A stretch of 63,112 nt of DNA, the filler included, from Rozella allomycis CSF55 (lineage: Eukaryota): NCBI GenBank assembly GCA_000442015.1. It is 9 parts of 9 records of this genome, joined end to end, with 100 filler letters (N's around TTAATTAATTAA, not from the genome) between each part and the next. Parts side by side here need not be neighbours in the genome. Positions count along the whole stretch, not along the records: positions 1 to 27,272 come from KE561029.1; 8 more parts are not named here. One strand, given 5' to 3'. Below are positions 1 to 11,503 of the stretch, in pieces. Within the stretch, counting starts at the first letter, position 1. Each line of letters opens with the position of its first letter. The notes below the pieces were generated by a model. The model was not told the DNA's origin. It did not search any database and worked only from the letters and a program-made list of their open reading frames with translations. The translations under genes were made by a program, and so were the position numbers.

Positions 1-928
1 ATCTGCCTGCGCTGGTTTGCTGGGACTGGAAGTATAAGGTGGCACGATATTGCCAAGTCTGTGACCTTGTCCAGAAAATGGTTTCTTTTTAGGAACAAAT
101 TCTTCTTTAATATGCTCATGGCTCACAGCTATACTAACCCTTTGATTTCTCTTTGCACCAAACAAGCCTCTGGGTGTGAATCCGCGGTTAAGTTCCTCAA
201 GTAACCTTTTTGTACGATCATCTTCCATTGGATAAAATTCGTCGTCCTGATCAAACTTAATTCCATTGCTGTAAAAGTACATTATTCTTTTAATTTCATG
301 TTCATTTGAGCCATCAGTATCTTCAACGGTGGGTTCTTGTGACGAAGATCCGTCAAGACNAGTATCTTCAACAGTGGGCTCTTGTGACGAAGATCCGTCA
401 AGACGTCTCCCTGAATCTTAAAGGCAGAAGAAGTATTACCAGATCCTTTAAATACAGAGCTCTTGCTTTCAGTAAACTCATCTGCCGCTTTCGAACCAGC
501 TTGCCTCGCTTTTTCGAGCAAGGATTTGACCAAATCATTTTGAACATTTCCAAACTCATCATCACCTTCGTCATCAGGGCCTTCAACCATCATTCCTCTT
601 TATATTAAACACGTAGAATTGTGTTACGATTTTTCTCCTCCAGTGTAATAGCCCTTGGGATCCTTTTGCCCCTGCTTATTGAAACTCTTAAAGTTTGAAC
701 TTGAACCCGAAACTCTTTTATTACTCAGGAGCTTACTTTAATTACTTGGGAACCCTTTTTGGATCCTCGGGTGGATTCGATGTAAAGTCTAACAAGGCAT
801 CCTGAAATACCAAAGTTGATAAATCATACCTGTATATCATAATTATGCTTCTCTAAATACTCTGTTGCTACAAAATTTGAACAGTCGCAAGCAGAGCTAA
901 ACTGGCGAATCAACGAGTTCTTATCCAT
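1..928 (-). CDS. SHP1: p47/Shp1 (UBA-SEP-UBX) Cdc48 adaptor, multi-exon, 3' end outside the window
   Basis: Spliced reading gives N-terminal UBA-like MDKNSLIRQFSSACDC..., YYTGGEK, a SEP-like region (FYSNGIKF...LLEELNRG.TP) and an SHP box (FSGQGHRLG). Duplicated segment at the n at 360. Confidence 0.85.
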
Positions 929-966
929 AACGTGAAATTTCTTGGTTACGGTAATTGTCAACAAAA

Positions 967-1599
967 ATGGCATCTCCAAATATAACGATAGAAAAAGAAG
1001 ATCATTGGATGAATAGAATCAATGAGCTTACATCTCTATCACATTGTAACGCAATTAGATGCATCTAACAAGTTTCTCGCGATGAAATTCAGAGATTATA
1101 TAAAAGATTCAAAAAACTCGACAAGGATGGAAACGGATCTATAGACAAGGAGGAATTCATGGCGATTCCGCAGATTGCAGCGAATCCATTAGCTGGTCGG
1201 TTGATGGCGATTTTTGACACTGACAAAGGAGGTAGTATTGATTTTCAAGAATTTATCACTGGTCTTTCAGTGTTTAGCGTGAAAGGAGAAAAGCATGAGA
1301 AATGGCGGTTTGCTTTTAAAGTGTATGACATGGATCAAGATGGATTTATTTCTAATGGAGAGTAAAATATTTTTTCCAGTATTTAAAAGGCTTTTCTTGG
1401 TATTGAAAATGATGGTAGGAAACAATTTGACGGATTTACAATTGCAACAAGTAGCAAATCCTAAACATTTAAATAGATTGTCGATAAAACAATTATAGAG
1501 GCCGATAAGGATAAAGATGGTAAACTTAGTTATGAAGAGTTTGTGTACGTCATTGAAAGTAATGACATTTCAAAGCAAATGATTCTAACTGGTATCTAA
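967..1599 (+). CDS. CNB1: Calcineurin regulatory subunit B (4 EF-hands), 4 exons
   Basis: Splices to [30 protein letters not shown]...[24 protein letters not shown]...[60 protein letters not shown]; stop TAA 1597-1599. Confidence 0.95.
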
Positions 1600-1614
1600 T
1601 AAAGATGTCATAGA

Positions 1615-3075
1615 TCATTTATTTTCTAATATCTTTGAAATTAAATAAGCCTCTTTGTCGCACTTGGCCTGTTTTAGGAATTTAATAACTCTTTTAATGT
1701 TATCTTTATAATCATTCGATTGAATTAAAACAGCTTCCAGTTTCGGGAGTAAGATTCGTAAAATTTCTTTAAAGCTTTCTTTATGAATAATGTGGAGACC
1801 CTTCAAAAGGGAGAGTATTGTAGGAGCAGTAATTTTATCAGAAGTTTCCAAGATACCCAGGCAATCTACATAAACTAATGGTAAGGGATAAATTGTCGCT
1901 ATTTTTCTGGAAACGAAATATGCGAATGGGGTCTTTTGCTCATTAATTTCTGGATGTTGAAGGAAAGTAGCTTGTTTAGATAAATACACCAACGATTCTT
2001 CATCAAAAATATTTTCATGTGCTGCTGCAAGCAAACAATTGGCCCACTTGGGATCTTGAGTGATAAATCCAAAATTGGCCTTGAAATAATCAAAAGCTAT
2101 TCGCACGTCGTATTCAAGTAGTCCCCTCCATACTGCAAGATAATTTTTATCTTGTATCTGAAAGGTTGGAATATCTGTACTTATTTTATCTAAAAGTATT
2201 TGCACTTTCTCTATTTCGCCCTTTCTGGCAATGCATCGTAAAAGATAGGATAAAGCAATTGATCCCCACTTTGGCTCTTTCATTTCAAACATATGCTTAA
2301 CTATTTTTTCTAGATAATCTGTTTTGTTTCTTTTTTCTAAAAATGATGCCACTATCTTGACGTTTCCTGCTTCTGGAAAAAGCTCTCTCTCTTCCATTAG
2401 TCTGACCGCAAAGTCGATCCCTCCAAAATCAGACCTTTCATAATACAGGCGTAGCATATAATTAATTGATTTAATATCATGAATATCCACTCTTGTCATG
2501 TCTTTGAGCAAAATCTCAATCTTTTGTTGTTCCATTTTTTGAAACCAGAATTTTAATTGATTGACACATATTGGATTAGAAGGAATTTCTTTCCATCGAT
2601 TAAGAATATAAAAGTACAATCGTTCATGGCTTGAAGCATCTCCAATCTCCAAAAAATGTTGACTCAGAGCTTCAAACACATGCATCGGGGCATCTTTCTT
2701 TGTTTCTCTCATATGATACAATATTTTTTGAGTAATATACCACGGAGGTTGTTTTTCAATGTCCACTCTTGCTGACTTATCAAAGTATCCAACTGTTGCC
2801 CGCAAATAATCTTCTTCCTTAACCATTGACAACGTTAATGCTAAAAGATCAGAGAAAGTATTCTGGCTTGGGACAAATTCTCTCGGCGATTTTAGGTATT
2901 TTCTAATGGCTTCATCGTAATTGTGATCAATGCATAATTGACTGATGTTTCTATCTATATCTTCATATAATTGATTTTTCGACTTGAAGAATAAATTTCC
3001 TTTCAATTTGGTATAAATTGTATTGAAAGACGAATATTTTCTAGCAACATTCAATGGTATTGTTGCCCTTTGCAT
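1615..3075 (-). CDS. Intronless 486-aa alpha-helical repeat protein, PPR-like, probably mitochondrial
   Basis: N-terminus resembles a mitochondrial presequence (MQRATIPLNVARKYSSF); degenerate ~35-aa PPR-like units (INYMLRLYYERSDFGGIDFAVRLMEERELFP; LSYLLRCIARKGEIEKVQILLDKI). Confidence 0.55.
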   Translation of the reverse strand: MQRATIPLNVARKYSSFNTIYTKLKGNLFFKSKNQLYEDIDRNISQLCIDHNYDEAIRKYLKSPREFVPSQNTFSDLLALTLSMVKEEDYLRATVGYFDKSARVDIEKQPPWYITQKILYHMRETKKDAPMHVFEALSQHFLEIGDASSHERLYFYILNRWKEIPSNPICVNQLKFWFQKMEQQKIEILLKDMTRVDIHDIKSINYMLRLYYERSDFGGIDFAVRLMEERELFPEAGNVKIVASFLEKRNKTDYLEKIVKHMFEMKEPKWGSIALSYLLRCIARKGEIEKVQILLDKISTDIPTFQIQDKNYLAVWRGLLEYDVRIAFDYFKANFGFITQDPKWANCLLAAAHENIFDEESLVYLSKQATFLQHPEINEQKTPFAYFVSRKIATIYPLPLVYVDCLGILETSDKITAPTILSLLKGLHIIHKESFKEILRILLPKLEAVLIQSNDYKDNIKRVIKFLKQAKCDKEAYLISKILENK

Positions 3076-3252
3076 TTTGAAAATTACATATTAAATATTC
3101 AACCCAAATTTTAATGTTTTTTTCATGTATTCGTCATTGTTTTTTCATGTTATAGTAATTAATATAACAATGTAGAGGTAAGTTTACATACTGTTCGTAT
3201 AACTGCACAACACTATTTGATCTATTTTTAAAAGGGTATAAAAATTTATTAA

Positions 3253-3801
3253 TTATAAGCGGACTATATCTGAAAGACCAATAAAGTTCTTCGTTTCGAC
3301 TGCATAGACAGTCGGGGCGCCAGGCATATTGTAAATCGGCATAGATGGTCCCGCTATTGAGCCGCCAGTAGATCCTCCAGAAATAACAATATCTGCACAA
3401 TTCATGTAGTATTCAGGCTGGCCTGAGAGGACAGGAATCCAAGACCATGCAAAGACTGCTTTTCCGTTAGGTGCATTCGCCGGTATTTGGACAGAAAATG
3501 ATCGTTGAATTGGACATTGCTTGTCAGTGACAGACAAGACGGTAAATGAGTTTCCTCCGTCATAAGATATGGAAAATAGACAACCACCGCCTCCATGAAC
3601 AGCTTCTCCTGAAATGCTAACTTGTAGTGGCGACCCTGCCTGCACTGTCGTTGGCGAAGAACCGGCTGGTACTCCTTGGCATAATGATTGTGCAGGAGAG
3701 TTTGTTGTACCAGGTCTTGATGGAGGTGATGTCATGAGCATATGGCATTGAGACTGATGTATCATGCAAGAGCAAAACAATAGAATATATATATAATTCA
3801 T
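3253..3801 (-). CDS. Secreted lytic polysaccharide monooxygenase, AA11-like
   Basis: ATG at 3801; signal peptide MNYIYILLFCSCMIHQSQC followed by N-terminal His (HMLMTSPP); HGGGGCLFSISYD, CP, GKAVFAWSW and EYYMNCADI motifs typical of AA11. Confidence 0.8.
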   Translation of the reverse strand: MNYIYILLFCSCMIHQSQCHMLMTSPPSRPGTTNSPAQSLCQGVPAGSSPTTVQAGSPLQVSISGEAVHGGGGCLFSISYDGGNSFTVLSVTDKQCPIQRSFSVQIPANAPNGKAVFAWSWIPVLSGQPEYYMNCADIVISGGSTGGSIAGPSMPIYNMPGAPTVYAVETKNFIGLSDIVRL

Positions 3802-3934
3802 TTGATGATGGTGTCTGTTAAAAGCTATCCTATTTATATTTTCGAGTTGATGGATGAATACTAAATTTGGCAATAGTATTTGTAAACAAAAATTACAGAA
3901 ATGGAAAAATGGACCCAAAGGCCAAAACAAAACA

Positions 3935-4008
3935 TACCCCTGGCGAGGATCGAACTCGCAACCTTCAGATTAGAAGTCTGACGCTCTATCCAATTGAGCT
4001 ACAAGGGC
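3935..4008 (-). tRNA. tRNA-Arg(TCT), intronless
   Basis: Reverse complement GCCCTTGTAGCTCAATTGGATAGAGCGTCAGACTTCTAATCTGAAGGTTGCGAGTTCGATCCTCGCCAGGGGTA folds into a cloverleaf; anticodon loop CTTCTAA; T-loop GTTCGA; T-runs follow. Confidence 0.95.
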
Positions 4009-4411
4009 TTGTGTCAACTTAAACAGATATTCAAACTTAGCTGAAAATAGCAACTGTCCTTTGGCTCTCTTCACCTTTGATAAAAACTAAAAAACAATGC
4101 CAATAATGATCATGTTGTGAATTAAGTTGTTGATTCGAAGTCTTAACGAATACCCGTCAGATAGTAATTCTTAATCGTCTTTAGATTTAATTGGTCAGAA
4201 AAGCGAATCTCATCCTACTATTAAGTCTGCCTGACGTGCAAATCTTAAATGTATCATCATCCCAATTTTCAATATTTTGGTTGNTATTTAGGTTGCACGG
4301 ATTTTCTCAAAGACCCATGTTTTTATCTTATTTTTCGTTTATGGGATTAGTTGTATTTGAAACAAAATCGTGAATTGGCCGTGAATACAATCAGTTTCGT
4401 ACGGGTAACTT

Positions 4412-6142
4412 CAGGGCCGGGGAAACAATTAATGTATTGAAATATTGTGAATATTGTAGTCTCACAATCATTGATTGTGGAGATGTCCCGTCCAACAATA
4501 TAATGTCAATATATTGCAATATATTGTCACAATATATTGTGTTAATATACCGAAATATTATGTCCAAATACGAAAATATTGTTCACCCTGGCAGTTAAAT
4601 GGAAAAAAAGCCGACGAACAAAGATTGTGTTTCTGTGTTTTTTAAATCGGTTGAAGATAAACCTCACCATTACAAATGTAAATCTTGTAACGGAGAGAAA
4701 ATGTACAAACAGAATGTTAAGAGTGGGTAAGATTATTTTATTCTTATAAACAAGTTATGGAAATCTTATGAATCACCTGAATTCCACCCATCCCAACCAC
4801 AAAGCAGAAACTTTAAAAGTCCTTGAAGGAAAGATAGTGACACTTGACAGGTACTTGGACAAGGATTCTGTGATTACTCACGAATGGCTTCGCTTTCTTA
4901 TTAGAAAGGACCTTCCTTTTAGTTATTGTGAAGACCCAGATGTGCGTCATGCTGTACATTTTAAGGGTATAAGCCGCAAAACCTTGATGAAGAGAATGAA
5001 ATTTGTAGTGCTTGAGCCTTGAGGTGGAGAAAAACATTAAAAAGCTTCTTAAAGGTGCCATGGGCCTTGTTCTCGATGGTTGGACTGAGAATGGTATTCA
5101 TTACTGCGGAGTATTTGCAGTAACGAGTAAAAATATTTTGCTATTGGGCTTCTCTCCACTTCCAGATGAGGAAAGTATGAATGCTGCTGCTCACATTGAG
5201 TATTTGGATTTCTTACTAGACGTGTATAACATCAATGCCGTCGATATAAAGTTTATCGTGGGTGATAATTGTAGTACTAACAAGGCTATGTGTACTCGAC
5301 TCGGAATCCCATTGATCGGATGCAGTTCTCATCGTCTCAATTTGGCAGTGATGAAATTTTTGGAGGGTAAAATGGCCCTCTTTTCGAAAGTGAACAAGCT
5401 TATGAAAAAATTTAAGAACAGCGTGAATAGAAGGGCTAAGCTTGCACAATATACTCACTATAGACCAGTGTTGATGCAAAAAACCAGATGGTCTGGTCCT
5501 TTTTCTATGCTCAAACGTTATGAGCAGATTAAGAGTCATTTGCATCATTTCCAGAATGATACGATAATTGAAGCTGAAGAAGGTGAAGCAAATAATGAGA
5601 TCAATGATTATCGCCACTGTCGCCTTGTAGATCTGATTCCGAACCCAGCTGAGAATCTGGAAATTGCTGAGTTGCTGAGCAAAATGAAATTGCGCCTACA
5701 TTGATCTCTCTTGGGTCCCTTGCACGTCAAATATTGTGGAACGTTTCTTTTCGAAAGTCAAGCACGTCTTGGTTGACACTCGCAAGAGTTTGCTTGCTGA
5801 GACTCTTGAAGCAATTATGTTCTTGAAATTGAACGATAGCCACTGGACTGTTCACACAGTGGCAGACGCTTTGAAGGCTCTCAAACTGGCGAATAACGAA
5901 AATGATACTGCAAACGATGAAAATAATAAGGATTCTAGTGATGAAGACGACGATTATTAAATCAATAAATGGAATTTCCCCAATGATTGTCACAATATTA
6001 TACTTTTCTCAAATATTGTCAAGCAATATAGTGCAACAATATAATGCAATATAATGTACATTATATTGTCAATCTCACATTAATTGATTGTTGACTCGAT
6101 CCTCCCAACAATATATTGACAATAGTATTGTCCCCAGCCCTG
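4412..6142 (+). mobile_element. hAT-superfamily DNA transposon, defective, with intact ends
   Basis: TIRs CAGGGCCGGGGA... (4412) and ...TCCCCAGCCCTG (6142); perfect 8-bp TSD GGTAACTT at 4404-4411 and 6143-6150; subterminal AATATTG-type repeats at both ends. Confidence 0.93.
4599..5960 (+). pseudogene. hAT transposase with frameshifts and an internal deletion
   Basis: BED finger (CKSC...NLMNHLNSTH, one intron), LVLDGWT, VGDNCSTN, CSSHRLNL, TRWSG, and C-terminal WVPCTSNIVERFFSK; frameshifts near 5015 and near 5690. Confidence 0.88.
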
Positions 6143-6721
6143 GGTAACTTCTCTTTATAACAACAAAAAATTCTACACTTGTCCATGGAAATTCAATAAA
6201 TCGTCATCTTGATTGATGATTCAAACTTTTCCTTACTTTTTACTTTTATTGTGTTTCCATCAAACATAANTTAATACGGAAAGAAACATATTGCAAGGAT
6301 GAAGAAATATCTGAGCATTTTGCTAAGTGGTTAAATACTGATTGTGACGAACAATATTTTGATAAAATTGATACACATCCTGACAAAATGGGAATNATTT
6401 CATTGTGTTTCCATCAAACATACGATAGGCGCTAGGTCAAGTAGTGTCATAAAATTAAACATATGGCCTTATAAATATTAAATTATTTGCTTATAAAATC
6501 TCTCTGAGCCTTTTCTCTTTTGTCAAATATAAGCAATTAGCAATAGGTATCAATAGACACTAGACAGTAAAAGTAAGTCGATCTAACATTGTCACGCCAA
6601 GGGTAATATAGTGTCTTCGTTTCCTCTACTTATAAAAGAATTGCATAAAATAATCTTGACATCCTATATTCAATATTTTCTATTTAAAGTTTCAAATTTC
6701 GGATTTGTTTGTTGACATTGA

Positions 6722-9700
6722 ATGAACATTTCAATAGACGTTGCTGCAGATAAACTTCGTCAAATAGCCAATGCTGCGCAAGCAGCTATAGAAGGAAAAG
6801 GGCGTTATTTCGCTACGTCTAAGAAAGGTAAAGCAAACACACTATAACCATAGGCGAAACATATGAGCTAAAGCAAGAGCTTAATGCAGATCGCCAAGAT
6901 AAGCGAAAGGAGGCTGTTAAAAAAGTTATAGCCAATATGACTGTTGGTAAAGATGTGTCTTCTTTGTTTGCTGATGTTATCAAGTGTATGCAGACTGAAG
7001 ACATTGAATTGAAAAAGCTGGTTTATTTGTACTTGATGAATTATGCCAAGAGTCAACCTGAATTAGTTATTCTTGTTGTGAATACACTTTGCAAGGATAC
7101 TGAAGATCGAAATCCTTTGATACGAGCGCTGGCCATTAGGACGATGGGTTGTATTCGAGTAGATAAAATTGTGGATTACTTGTGTGAACCATTAAGAAAA
7201 GGATTAACAGATACTAATCCTTATGTGAGAAAAACCGCGGTTCTGTGTGTATCTAAACTATTTGATTTGGCACCTGAATTAACTCAAGAGCATGGTTTTA
7301 TTGAAATGGTACAAGAACTTGTGGCTGATCAAAATCCTATCGTGGCAGCTAATGCAGTTGCGGCACTGTTAGAAATCCATGATATGGCACCTAACGTTAA
7401 TGCTTTCAATTTAAATGGAAGTATCTTGACGAAATTATTGAATTCTTTAAATGATTGCACAGAGTAAAAAATCGTTATCGTCTTTTAAAAGATGGGGACA
7501 AATTACTATTTTGGATGCATTGATTGCTTTTGTTCCATCAAATTCAAAGGAAGCTGAAATGATCGTGGAGAAAATTCTGCCTCGCCTTCAGCATGCCAAT
7601 AGCGCCGTTGTAATGTCGTCCATTAAAGTTTTGTTGAACTTTGTAGATAATTACATTTCAAATGAAGAATTGACGAGACAAGTTTTAAAGAAAGTTGCAC
7701 CACCGCTTGTCTCTCTTTTGAGTACCATTCCAGAGATTCAATACGTGGCTCTTAGAAATTTATCGTTTATGCTTCAAAGAAGACCCGATTTATTGGGAGA
7801 TGAATTGAAAATTTTCTTCGTTTCATATAATGATCCACCTTACGTTAAATTAGAAAAATTAGATATTATAGTTCGATTGTGTAAAGAATCAAATCTTGAA
7901 ACAGTTCTTGCAGAATTGAAAGAATACGCAAATGAAGTTGATGTTCCGTTTGTTAGAAGAGCAATCAAGGCCATTGGACATTGCGCCTTGCGAGTGAACA
8001 ATTCTGCTGAAAAATGCATTCTGACTATTCTGGAGCTTTTAAAAACAAAAGTATTTAAATTATTGATTCTTAAAAGGTTGATTATGTAGTTCAAGAATGT
8101 GTCGTTGTAGTTAAAGATATTTTAAGAAAATATCCAAATGGATTTGAGTCTGTGATTCCTATCTTGTGCGAAAATATTGAAGCCCTAGATGAGCCTGAAG
8201 CCAAAGCATCTCTAGTTTGGATTATTGGCGAGTACGCTGAAAAGATTGAAAATGCCAGCGAACTTTTATCATCCTTTCTTGATTCTTTTGTTGATGAAAA
8301 TCATCAAGTATGTTTGTGCTTTATAATGAAACAGGTTCAATGTCAGCTCTTAACAGCTCTTGTTAAACTATTCTTAAAGAAACCTCAAAATACACAACAC
8401 TTAATTCAATCGGCATTGAAAACTGTTACAGAAACAATGGATAATGCTGATTTAAGAGATAAAGCCTACATTTATTGGAGATTGCTTTCTGCTGACCCTC
8501 AATTAGCTGCAGTAAATTTCGATATTTTCAAATATTATAGAAAGTAATTTTGGCGCCAAAATCGAAAATTGTTGACGATACTGAGAATTTAGATCCTGAA
8601 TTTTTGTCAGTTATGATGTCAAATATTTCTACATTAGCTTCTGTCTACCACAAAGTCCCTCAATCATTCATTGAAAATGCCAGAACAGCCCCAGTGCTTT
8701 CAATGAAGGATGTAACATCTCAATTAAAAGAGGCATCCAAAATCAATCCAGACGATGTTGATAACAATAATTTCATCACAGGCCACAACATAATTGAGAA
8801 TCTTTTGGATCTTGATTTTGGTGGAGAATCATTGCCGCAGAATGGAAATCAAGTTAAGCCTGTTGGTAATCCTTTAATGGATTTGCTAGGTGATGACTTT
8901 CTCACTTTGACCGCGCCTGCCGTTAACCAGCAATTTACAAGCACAAATCTTCCCTTGTCTAGCCCTTCAAGTCCTACCAGAAATTATGAACCATTTGTTT
9001 ATCCAAAGCAAACTTTGTTAAATTCTCAGCAAGGTTCGGGATTGGAAATCTCAGGTCATTTCATTCGAAAGTCTGGTGATATTGCGCTCGGGTTAACCTT
9101 TACAAATAGAGGCAATGTACCACTATCTGATTTCGCTATTCAATTCAATAAGAACAGGTAGATTTTACATTCAATATTTTAGTAGCTTTGGTTTGGTTCC
9201 TGCAGAACCTCTATTAGTACCTGTATTGCAACCGGGGACATCACACGAGACAACTTTGGCTTTAAGCAGTGATAGTCCTATTCAAAAAATGGAACCGATT
9301 CAAGTCCTTCAAATTGCAGTCAAGAATAATATTCAAGTCTTCTATTTTCAAATCGATATCCCATTAAATATTGTATCTGTTGAAGATTCTTCTGGAATTG
9401 ATGGTCATGTATTTGGAGTTGCTTGGAATAATACACCTATGATACCTGCTCACTCTATGCCTATTAAAATAGCTATTGATGAACTACAACGTTTATTAAA
9501 ATGCAACAATTTCCATGTTGTGAAAACAGATAACAAGGTAAATTTGACTACCTAGAATTAATTAAAGAAAGTATATTCAGCTGCGAAATTTACTAATGGC
9601 TTTACATTGTTAAGTGAAATTGAATTACTTGACAATAGCATCTCTGTTCAAGCACGATCTCAAGTTCCAGAATTTGTGCCCTTGTTTTACAAGATTCTGG

Positions 9701-9723
9701 ATTCTATCCTGGCAGATCAATAA
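6722..9723 (+). CDS. AP-1/AP-2 adaptor complex beta subunit (beta-adaptin), multi-exon
   Basis: [15 protein letters not shown]...[52 protein letters not shown], clathrin box LLDLD, appendage [12 protein letters not shown]; stop 9721-9723. Confidence 0.95.
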
Positions 9724-9976
9724 AGTTTTTCCTTACAGTTACACTAATTTCATTTCTTAGGCATAAGGCAATATTAATATATTATGATTTTTGTTCATGG
9801 AATGAAAATAATTATAAATACGAAAATAATACTTGCTAAATTCTCATAAATATAAGGGAGAGTCGACATTCAATAATAAATTAAAAGTCAATCACCAGGC
9901 TTTTTGACATTGCATTTTTAAATAGACTTCGCCATAATTGCATTATCAGTTTTATTATTGTTTGGATATTACTGAA

Positions 9977-11503
9977 ATGTTCTCTCAAATAACTAATAGA
10001 AACATTTTATCCAAATCAAAATTGTATAGGTTAAAGTCCAGTAACTTGTAAATTGATGGTGTTATAGCAATGGTAAGGTTCGATTGGAGCGACCCTTTGA
10101 ATTTGAATTCACTGCTTACCGATGAGGAGAAAATGATACGGTTTGAATAAATCGTTTATGATAATCAGAGATTCAGCACGAGAATACGCACAATCAAAAC
10201 TGTTTCCTAGAATACTGGAAGCAAATAGGAAAGAACGTAATTACCAAGCGATTTAATTTCGAAAAGGATTTGATCGTGAAATTATGAATGAGATGGGTCA
10301 ACTAGGCTTACTTGGTCCAACAATTAAAGGTAAGAGAAAAATGCTGACTTTATAGGCTATGGTTGCGCCGGGGCATCTAGTGTTGCTTACGGTCTTATTG
10401 CAAGGGAAGTTGAAAGGTTTGGTGGTTTAAATCTATAAATTAGGGTCGACAGCGGTTATAGATCGGCCATGAGTGTGCAAAGTTCATTGGTGATGTATCC
10501 TATCTATGAATTCGGATCAGAAGAGCAAAAGAAAAAGTACTTGCCCAAATTAGGTAAATTGCTATAATAGAAGCTTTAATTAGCTACTGGTGAATACGTT
10601 GGATCTTTCGGACTGACTGAACCTAATGTAACAGTATGTATTAGTAATATATAGCATGGTTCTGACCCTGCTGGGATGGAAACTACGGCCAGAAAAGTTT
10701 CAGGTGGTTATATACTTAATGGATCCAAAACTTGGTAAGCAAGATTGCCCTGTAGAATGTAGGATATCCAATTCCCCTATAGCTGATGTTCTAGTTGTTT
10801 GGGCAAAGACAGATGATAAAATGATTAAAGGATTTATTTTAGAAAAAGTAATTAATGCATAATGTTTGCAGAAAGGGATTCGAAGGTCTATCATGTCCTC
10901 CTATCAAGGGGAAATTTTCCTTAAGAGCATCAATCACAGGAATGATAATGATGGACGATGTATTTGTTCCAGAGGAAAACATGTTACCAAATGTTAAGGG
11001 TTTGAAGGGTCCTTTCAGCTGCCTTAATAATGCAAGATACGGGATTTCTTGGGGCGCTTTAGGAGCCGCAGAATTTTGTGTTTCAGAAGCTAGAAATTAC
11101 CTTTTGAACAGAAAACAATTTGGAGCACCACTAGCTAGTTACCAACTAATCCAAAAGAAGTTGGCTGACCAGATAACAGAGGTAATACATGTCATACATA
11201 GTATAATATAAGATATCGCTGGGTCTACAAGGATGTATTCAAGTCGGGAGACTTAAAGATCAAGGATTGTGGGCTCCTGAAATGGTATCATTAGTTAAAC
11301 GCAATAATTGTGGAAAGGCTTTAGACATCGCAAGGCAAACGAGAGATATGCTTGGTGGAAATGGAATTTCTGATGAATACCATATCATAAGGCATGTTAT
11401 GAACCTTGAATCAGTAAATACATACGAAGGAACTCACGATATACACGCACTAATTTTAGGGCGTGCAATAACAGGAATAAGTGCATTTGAGACAAAAGTA
11501 TGA
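9977..11503 (+). CDS. GCDH: Glutaryl-CoA dehydrogenase, mitochondrial, many tiny introns
   Basis: [116 protein letters not shown]. Confidence 0.95.

Noticed and set aside
3802..3930. N-terminal extension of ORF 3253-3930
   Set aside because: Starts at a non-ATG codon; the ATG at 3801 gives a proper signal peptide and His1.
3935..4008. Bacterial-looking D-arm of tRNA-Arg suggesting HGT
   Set aside because: Too little signal; no encoded CCA and T-runs follow, compatible with a normal Pol III gene.
6271..6395. Short coding-like fragment between two n joins
   Set aside because: Too short to identify and flanked by a duplicated sequence; likely a misplaced or allele-specific piece.
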